Made by a program: the position numbers and the translations under genes
Shown: in pieces, positions 57,738 through 64,000 of the stretch
Layout of the letters: every line of letters starts with the position of its first letter
Position numbering within the stretch: position 1 is the first letter of the stretch
Source: Candidatus Obscuribacterales bacterium
GTDB lineage: Bacteria > Cyanobacteriota > Vampirovibrionia > Obscuribacterales > Obscuribacteraceae
Direction of reading: 5' to 3'
Length of the DNA: 64,000 nucleotides
Assembly: GCA_965228855.1 (NCBI GenBank)
Contig: CBDDIJ010000003.1
Span: 32,001 to 96,000, forward strand
The notes under the pieces: model-generated
Seen by the model: only the letters and a program-made list of their open reading frames with translations
Told to the model about the DNA's origin: nothing
Databases searched by the model: none

Positions 57738-60700
57738 ATGAGTAACCTCAAAAAATTCATTAGAATCGGCGCGGCTTCCCTGACCGTCCTGGTCTCGTTG
57801 TTGATATCCAGCGCTCCGTCGCTTGCGGTCCCATACGGACCGAATATGTGGAACATGCAACAGGGTGCTCTCAGAGGCAACGGACCTCAAGGCTCCGACA
57901 ATGTCTGCGCTCCCTATGTAGATTCTTCTCTCGGTGGTTCGTTTGACGCCAACGGTCAACCTGTAAGCGGTCCCTTCCCAGGTACTCTGGGCAAGACTGG
58001 ATTCGTCGGTAACGCCGCAGCTCAAGGCGATGCCAACAAATCGCTGCAAGCGATGCCGAAACAGATCGTCGACGCTGAGAAACAAGCAACGACCCGACAC
58101 CGCGGCGATGCCGTATCCGGTGAACTCACAGGTGCTGCAAACGGAGTTGCTCTTTCTGAACAAGTAGGTCAAGCAGCTGCTCTTGCCGGACGTACGTTGC
58201 AAAATGCTCAAGCTGGTCAGGCTCAGGCTGCAGGTGCCGCGACTGAAGCTGCCGATGTCGCCGGTGAGATCGGGCATGAGATGGCGGTGACTGCCATCTC
58301 CTACACATCGACTTTCTTGCACAACTTCACTGTTGAAGGCGGAAACCGCTGGAATCAAATCCGTGACAACATCTTTGTTCCGATGGGTGTTTTACTTCTG
58401 CTACCAGGGGCGGTGCTCTCCCAGGTCCGCGCAATCATGGCAGCAGGAAACCCTGTTCTCGGTCAAGTCAATCCTTTCGACGGAATACTGCGATCGATCG
58501 TCGCTGTTTTTCTCATTCCTGGAACCTATTTAGTATGCAACTACGGTATTGATTTGTCGAACTCGATAACCCACTCAATCGCTGATGAATACACGCGATT
58601 GTTTGGATCTGATATGTATCGAGACGCGATTTGCCATGAAATCAAAGCGATGCCCTGGCGTCTGCCTGAGGAAAACAGAAATACGATCGACATACCTGTT
58701 TCCTCAATGGGTGTGATTTTGCTCGGCAACTATACGCCGTTTGCTCAGCTTGAAGCTGACCTTATTGCTGTTAAGATCTACGATCCGTGCGCAGGAATTT
58801 ACATCGTCCCTCCGGATCGCGCTAACGAAGCGGTTCCCGCTGCTGTTATGGCTGCGCGTCTGATGGCAAACAGCTCCAATGCTTCGCTGACCACTTCCTG
58901 GAGTATTCTCTGTGCATTCCAGTTAGCGTATCTCTATTATCTGTGGTGCGTCGGTCCGGTCGTTGCAGGACTCTGGGTCTGGCCGATGAAGCACCTTCGC
59001 GATGCCCTGCCCAACTGGGTTGAGGGCGTTTTAACCGTATGCTTCTGGGCTCTTTTCTGGAACACAATCGTGCTCCTGATCGCCTGCTTTAGAGGCGTTG
59101 ATGAAACCGGAACCATTATTATGTTGGCGCTGAACACGCTCGCCAACCTTACTGTCAAATTCGCCTTCGACTTCGCGGGACTCGTCCGCGCCGCCGGTGG
59201 TGAAGCCATGAAGCTCGGTGAGAAGATGGCGCAAGCCGTCCAGAAAGCCGGCGGAGGCGGTAAAGGTGGTGGCGGCGGCGGTGGCGGCGGCGGCGGTGGT
59301 GACGATAAAAACAACGGTCCTGGTAACAATCCTGGAAACAATCCTGGAAATAATCCGGGAAATAATCCTGGACCTGCGCCCTCTCAACCGGTTCTGAATG
59401 CAGCAGCGACCCCTGTTGCGGCACCCGCTGCGACTCCTGGCGAAACAAGGAATAACACAGTTGTAGGCGCGCCTCTAGGCGGCCAGAATCCGACAGATCG
59501 TGGTGTTGGACCAGAAGGCCAACCACCCAAACCACCATCTGAAGTCACAAGTTCGCCTCCGATGGCCAACCAAGCTCCGACTGGTACAACCCTTCCACCA
59601 GGAGAGCAGCCCTCTCAACCTGGTGCGGATAAGGCTACCGGCGACGTGAGATCGGCAGCCGCGGAAGGACAGGCCCAGTTGACTGCTAGCGACGCGCCTG
59701 TGGTGATAGCTGCAGCCGCTAAAGCCGATGGAGGTGCGAAGCCTGGCGCCAAGCCTGGCACAAGCCCAGGCGAGGGTGGTGAGGATGCTATCAAGGAAGC
59801 CGCCAAGAAGAAGGCGGAGCTGGACGTTACCGCTGCAGCGGAAGGAAGCAAGAAGAAAGACGCGAAAACGCGTGCCCTGGCTTCTGCTACAGAGGCACCT
59901 CCCAGCGACTCACCGGTGAATCCGCCGGACAGCGTTCCTGAAGCCCGCGTGCCTGCATCTCCGGCACCAAGTCAAACTGTAATTACATCTTCGCCGCCTG
60001 GCGAATCTACTCCTCCAGCGACTCCGCCGGCGGAGCCGGGATCGAGAATAAGTCTTGCGCGTAGCGCCGCTCCTGCAGAGGCTGGTCCGCTCGTTATTTC
60101 TGCTGGTGGTCACACGCCGCAAAGTCCAGGATTGCAGGCCTCGCATGCTTCTCAGCCGCAAGCTCATAGTAGAGACGTGGCTGAAGGTCAACAGGTTGTT
60201 GCTCTCGGTAGCGGTGCTCCGACGCCGCCAGCCGGTCATGGCACGCCAATTGGAACGCCTCCGGCCGGACCGGTCGCTCACAGTCGTGACACCACCGGTG
60301 GTGTGGTTGGACCTGTGCACACGGGTACGCCTCCGGCAGGCACTGTACCGGAAGGTACCGCCGAGAAGCCGGCAGGAGCAAATCCTCCGGGTTCATCAGT
60401 TCATCAACGTGACGCTCACGGTGGAGTCGTCGGTTCCGTTCCTTCAGGAAAACCGCCGGCAGGTCCTTCACCGGCCACAACCACGGAAGCGCCGGTTGGC
60501 GGTCATCCTCCAGGTGCGCCAGTTCACAATCGCGACGCCCACGCTGGAGCCGTCGGACCAGTCGTCAGCGGTAGCGCTCCGGCGCATCCAGCTGAAGGCG
60601 CGCATCCGAAGACAGTCACTCCGCCTGCCGCTCCCCTCACTGGTGGTGAGCATAAGCGCGATATGCATGGTGGCTCAGTCGGTCCACTTGGAGGGGCTGC

Positions 60701-63287
60701 TTCAGTCTCTCCAGCTCCGGACGAACATCCGAGTGCTTCAGCACCTCCTTATGGATCAGGCTCCACGACGATTCCGGTCGGCAGCAGACCTGCTCCGGGC
60801 AGTAGTCATCCAAGAAGCAGCGCCGAGGGGCCTGTAGTCAATCCTCCTACCGGCGGAATCCATCCGCGAGCCAGCGCTCCGGAAGGTCCTGCAAGCAGCC
60901 CGATGATCGGCGGAAGCCATCCTCGAAGTGGTGCTCCTGAGGGGCCAGTAGCATCCCATCCGACGGGTGCAACCACACCTCCATCCCAGCCGATTCCGAG
61001 TTCGAGTCCGGCATCAGCCTCGTCTCCTGTGACGCATGGCAAGCCTGTTCCGCATCAACCCGGGGGTACCCATAAGCGCGAAGCCGCAGAGGGTCAGGTC
61101 GGTAGTGTCCCTGGAACTGAACCCATATCCAGTCCCACTGCTCCTGGACCGATCGCTGCAGCACCACATTCGTCCGCCCCTGGACCCGGTTCCACACATG
61201 GAGCCCCAGGTGCTCATCAGACCTCAGGCAGCCATCAGGCTGCTGGCGGGCAGACTCATCAACGGTCAGCACAGGACGGTTCGTCTCCGACTGTCGGCTC
61301 ATTGCCGCAGCCATCGACTGCCGCTCCTCATGATGCTGGCTACGTGCCGGGTGGTGGTGTCAGCAGCGGCTCTCCATCAGCTCCAACGCCGATGCCGACT
61401 TCTGGACCAATCCATACAAGTGGAAGTCAGTCACACAAACGTGCGGCTGCGGACGGACATGTCGCCACTCCGGGACATAGTGCGCCGCATGCGAGTGCGC
61501 CGGGTGATAGCCATCAGTCAGCTTCGCATCAGTCGAGTACTCCTGTTGTAGGCTCTTCACAGCCCATGCCGAGTGCGCCAGGACATTCTGTTGGACCTGC
61601 TCCGACAGTAGGCCAGGCTCATTCCAGGACTGCTGGTGATGGACCTGCAGATTCGATGCCTAAACCGACCACCGCGTCGCATTCTGATCCTTCATATACG
61701 CCTACTCCGTCGCATCCGCGCGAGTCAGGTGGAAGTGATGAAATCGTCGCTGGTGGTAGCGGAAGCTCCTCAGCATATGGAAGCCAGGGCTTCACAGCTC
61801 CAGCTCCATCGCAGACCTCAGCATCATCGACTCCGAGCCACACTTCTAGTCACAGTCCGAACCCAGTGGTTTCTCGTGATTCGTCCGGAGGACCTGCCCA
61901 TAGCGTGACACCAGGTCACGTCGAGCAGGGTGGTACCGGCAGCGGTGCTAATCAGTCGGCTGGTGGAACCTCTTCCGTGAGCCCTCCATCAGGAAACCAG
62001 CCTGGAATCGGCAACGTGTCTGCAACTTCGGGTGGACATCCGCAGTCCACTGGTGGCTCTGGCGGTGACGTGCCCGCGCCGACCCATACATCACCATCGG
62101 ATCCGTCCTACAATCCAGTAGCGTCGCGCGATTCATCAGGTGGTTATGAAGTCGCAAGCGGTCATGGTGGCATCGCACCTTCTGCATCGACACCGGGTGT
62201 TTCACCTCAGCCGAGTCAGAGTGCCCACTCTTACACGAGCGGATTTTCACATCCAGCCACTCCAGCCGATTCTACATCTGCTCCCAGATCTGGCGGATCG
62301 CAAGACCAGGCGCACAGCCCGACGACTCAACGTGACGCCGTAGCTGGTTATGAGGTCGGCACTGCATCCAGCGGTGGCTCAGTTACTCCGCAGGTCGGAC
62401 CTGGTAGTGTTCAAACCAACAGCGCAACACCTGGTAGTGCTGCTCACTCCGGCAGCTCTAGCTCGCCGACTGGTAGTTCTTCGCCATCTGGTGGCATACC
62501 GGCTCAGCCCGGAGGCACCCAGTACAGCGAGAATCTGTTTAGTCACTCAGCTACGCAAGAGTATCTGCAGTCGACTCAGCAGTACACGAGCAGTGATCCG
62601 GGGGCGGCAGGTTCTGACCGACCGTATGGTTCCGAACCTGCCCAGCGATTCGACCGCGGTGTCACCGAATCTGGTGCCCAGCCTAACTTCAATGGCTCAT
62701 CAGATTTGATGCCGCAGCCGTCCTCGTCTCCGCAAAACGCTCATCCCGGCAGCGGCGGTATGTCATCTCATGACACACCGGCACCACCCGGACACCTGTC
62801 CGCTGATCGCCAGGCGACTTATGGTGATAATCAGGAAATGACTCTCCGTAATGAGACGGTCGCGTTTATGCAGGACAAAGCGCACGATGCTGAGGCGAAG
62901 AATCGAGCGGACCTCGAAACTATGAGTCGCGATGTTCATGATGCCCAACCAAGAACTCCTGGTGTCGCTCCTGGATACGTCCAGGTCAACAACACGAATT
63001 CTCCAGTTGTGCAAAAGGACACGCCATCTCAACCACCTAAAGCTGACCTCGCGAAGAAGGCACAGGATGAGAAGACTGTTATAGTGCAGGCTCAGCAAGC
63101 CAAGCCGCCGGAACGCAAGTCGACCCAAGATCTAGAGCCTCAAAGAGGCGGACTTGATCGCGGCAAGAAGAAAAAGAAGGGTCAGAAAGGCAACAGTTTC
63201 CTCAACGCACTTGGAAGAGCTAACTCTCCCCAAGCGAGTGAAGGAGACGAGGACGACGACGAGAACGCCGACAAGTCCGAGGAATAA
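57738..63287 (+). CDS. Giant VirB6/TrbL-like membrane protein (paralog B) with ~1,350-aa low-complexity C-terminal tail
   Basis: GGGAG RBS, signal peptide, TM domain paralogous to the upstream gene, then Pro/Ser/Gly/Ala/His-rich tail; uninterrupted ORF. Confidence 0.75.
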   Translation: MSNLKKFIRIGAASLTVLVSLLISSAPSLAVPYGPNMWNMQQGALRGNGPQGSDNVCAPYVDSSLGGSFDANGQPVSGPFPGTLGKTGFVGNAAAQGDANKSLQAMPKQIVDAEKQATTRHRGDAVSGELTGAANGVALSEQVGQAAALAGRTLQNAQAGQAQAAGAATEAADVAGEIGHEMAVTAISYTSTFLHNFTVEGGNRWNQIRDNIFVPMGVLLLLPGAVLSQVRAIMAAGNPVLGQVNPFDGILRSIVAVFLIPGTYLVCNYGIDLSNSITHSIADEYTRLFGSDMYRDAICHEIKAMPWRLPEENRNTIDIPVSSMGVILLGNYTPFAQLEADLIAVKIYDPCAGIYIVPPDRANEAVPAAVMAARLMANSSNASLTTSWSILCAFQLAYLYYLWCVGPVVAGLWVWPMKHLRDALPNWVEGVLTVCFWALFWNTIVLLIACFRGVDETGTIIMLALNTLANLTVKFAFDFAGLVRAAGGEAMKLGEKMAQAVQKAGGGGKGGGGGGGGGGGGDDKNNGPGNNPGNNPGNNPGNNPGPAPSQPVLNAAATPVAAPAATPGETRNNTVVGAPLGGQNPTDRGVGPEGQPPKPPSEVTSSPPMANQAPTGTTLPPGEQPSQPGADKATGDVRSAAAEGQAQLTASDAPVVIAAAAKADGGAKPGAKPGTSPGEGGEDAIKEAAKKKAELDVTAAAEGSKKKDAKTRALASATEAPPSDSPVNPPDSVPEARVPASPAPSQTVITSSPPGESTPPATPPAEPGSRISLARSAAPAEAGPLVISAGGHTPQSPGLQASHASQPQAHSRDVAEGQQVVALGSGAPTPPAGHGTPIGTPPAGPVAHSRDTTGGVVGPVHTGTPPAGTVPEGTAEKPAGANPPGSSVHQRDAHGGVVGSVPSGKPPAGPSPATTTEAPVGGHPPGAPVHNRDAHAGAVGPVVSGSAPAHPAEGAHPKTVTPPAAPLTGGEHKRDMHGGSVGPLGGAASVSPAPDEHPSASAPPYGSGSTTIPVGSRPAPGSSHPRSSAEGPVVNPPTGGIHPRASAPEGPASSPMIGGSHPRSGAPEGPVASHPTGATTPPSQPIPSSSPASASSPVTHGKPVPHQPGGTHKREAAEGQVGSVPGTEPISSPTAPGPIAAAPHSSAPGPGSTHGAPGAHQTSGSHQAAGGQTHQRSAQDGSSPTVGSLPQPSTAAPHDAGYVPGGGVSSGSPSAPTPMPTSGPIHTSGSQSHKRAAADGHVATPGHSAPHASAPGDSHQSASHQSSTPVVGSSQPMPSAPGHSVGPAPTVGQAHSRTAGDGPADSMPKPTTASHSDPSYTPTPSHPRESGGSDEIVAGGSGSSSAYGSQGFTAPAPSQTSASSTPSHTSSHSPNPVVSRDSSGGPAHSVTPGHVEQGGTGSGANQSAGGTSSVSPPSGNQPGIGNVSATSGGHPQSTGGSGGDVPAPTHTSPSDPSYNPVASRDSSGGYEVASGHGGIAPSASTPGVSPQPSQSAHSYTSGFSHPATPADSTSAPRSGGSQDQAHSPTTQRDAVAGYEVGTASSGGSVTPQVGPGSVQTNSATPGSAAHSGSSSSPTGSSSPSGGIPAQPGGTQYSENLFSHSATQEYLQSTQQYTSSDPGAAGSDRPYGSEPAQRFDRGVTESGAQPNFNGSSDLMPQPSSSPQNAHPGSGGMSSHDTPAPPGHLSADRQATYGDNQEMTLRNETVAFMQDKAHDAEAKNRADLETMSRDVHDAQPRTPGVAPGYVQVNNTNSPVVQKDTPSQPPKADLAKKAQDEKTVIVQAQQAKPPERKSTQDLEPQRGGLDRGKKKKKGQKGNSFLNALGRANSPQASEGDEDDDENADKSEE
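59265..59372 (+). repeat. Poly-Gly (GGN)12 tract followed by 4x 12-bp tandem repeat encoding NNPG
   Basis: 59325-59372: AACAATCCTGGA x2, AATAATCCGGGA, AATAATCCTGGA. Confidence 0.9.
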
Positions 63288-63293
63288 AAACTG

Positions 63294-63323
63294 ACGGCGG
63301 ATCCAAATCGGGTCCGCCGTTTC
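63294..63323 (+). terminator. Terminator hairpin (possibly bidirectional) after the giant gene
   Basis: ACGGCGGATCC-AAATC-GGGTCCGCCGT then TT; A-run upstream; between convergent genes. Confidence 0.7.
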
Positions 63324-63469
63324 ATTCTCTGCATAGAGTCATTCTCCCGGCGGCATCAAAATTCTTGCAATTGATACGTGGCAGGATAGCCGTCTGCTCA
63401 TTCCGCATGAGGCATGACTCGGTCAACAGTTCCATACCGCAGAGCACGAAGATTCTCTGCTGAGAGGTG

Positions 63470-64000
63470 TTAAGGACCGAGGGCTTTTAATTTTGCTTCA
63501 ATCGGTTTCAGTTCCACAGCATTATTTGAAGCGCGTAGCACCGTCGCGTAATTGGTCAGCACCTGTCGCAAGACCGTACGATTCTCGCCTTTCTCGACTA
63601 GAGGTAATGCTTTCTTGAAGTTCAACGAGGCCAATGAGAAGTTGTAGGTCATCGCAGCAATTGAACCGAGATTTGCATAAAAGCTACCGAGGTTTGATGC
63701 TACTGCCTTGTTGGAGGGGTCCAGCTTCAGAGCCTCGGTCCATTTTGCCTCTGCAACTTTAAGCTGTTGCTGTTGTAGCGCCTTTGCTGCTTCCAGGTTC
63801 AGTTTCAACGCGCGGACCTTCGGATTATTCGGGTCACCTTGAATCACTACCTGGGAGGTATCAAGCTGACCTAAACTCTCCTGGTCATAGAGCGCCTTCA
63901 ACGTATTTATGTCGCGAGCTGTAAGGTCTGTTTTTTTATCTTCTAGAAAAACCGTATGGTACATAACATCATTCGGATTATCGCTATGCCCGCCCAGACC
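63470..64000 (-). CDS. Matrixin (M10)-like zinc metalloprotease with C-terminal TPRs (5'-truncated by window edge)
   Basis: In-frame upstream sequence reads GLGGHSDNPNDVMY (third Zn His and Met-turn), then LTARDINTLKALY and TPR helices. Confidence 0.75.
   Translation of the reverse strand, partial: GLGGHSDNPNDVMYHTVFLEDKKTDLTARDINTLKALYDQESLGQLDTSQVVIQGDPNNPKVRALKLNLEAAKALQQQQLKVAEAKWTEALKLDPSNKAVASNLGSFYANLGSIAAMTYNFSLASLNFKKALPLVEKGENRTVLRQVLTNYATVLRASNNAVELKPIEAKLKALGP

Noticed and set aside
59325..59372. Tandem repeat as a CRISPR array
   Set aside because: 12-bp coding repeat with no spacers and no cas genes.
57600..63128. Many alternative-frame and antisense ORFs inside the giant gene (and similar ones inside gyrB, hppA and the kinases)
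   Set aside because: Expected by-products of codon bias and low complexity; no recognisable motifs.

Overview
Bacterial chromosomal window, inferred to come from a non-photosynthetic Cyanobacteria relative (Melainabacteria/Vampirovibrionia-like). The basis is a cyanobacterial-type S2 N-terminus, HNH protein and amiC-murI linkage, Zn-ribbon Ser/Thr kinases, Kdo/lipid A genes and no photosynthesis genes in the window. Most of it is housekeeping: recF, ribF, gyrB, waaF-lpxK-waaA, priA, rpsB-tsf-pyrH-frr-glmS, hemW, UDG, murI, amidase, hppA. Three accessory regions stand out. (1) 28.3-38.3 kb, the best candidate for an undescribed system: a four-gene phosphorelay followed by a 67-aa precursor with a textbook double-glycine leader and an atypical Gly/Arg/Asp (RGG-like) core, then HlyD, and a convergent cNMP-C39-peptidase ABC exporter plus PpiC-type foldase, with no modifying enzyme. 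It may be a peptide export/signalling system. (2) 56-63.3 kb: two tandem paralogous VirB6/TrbL-like membrane proteins, one with a ~1,350-aa low-complexity tail punctuated by 13 H-x-R motifs. (3) Left edge: a Dam-like methyltransferase with an unusual linker-HTH extension next to a PD-(D/E)XK restriction enzyme. I recognised no rRNA, tRNA, CRISPR array or transposase. All family calls are from motif recognition by eye, not database searches.
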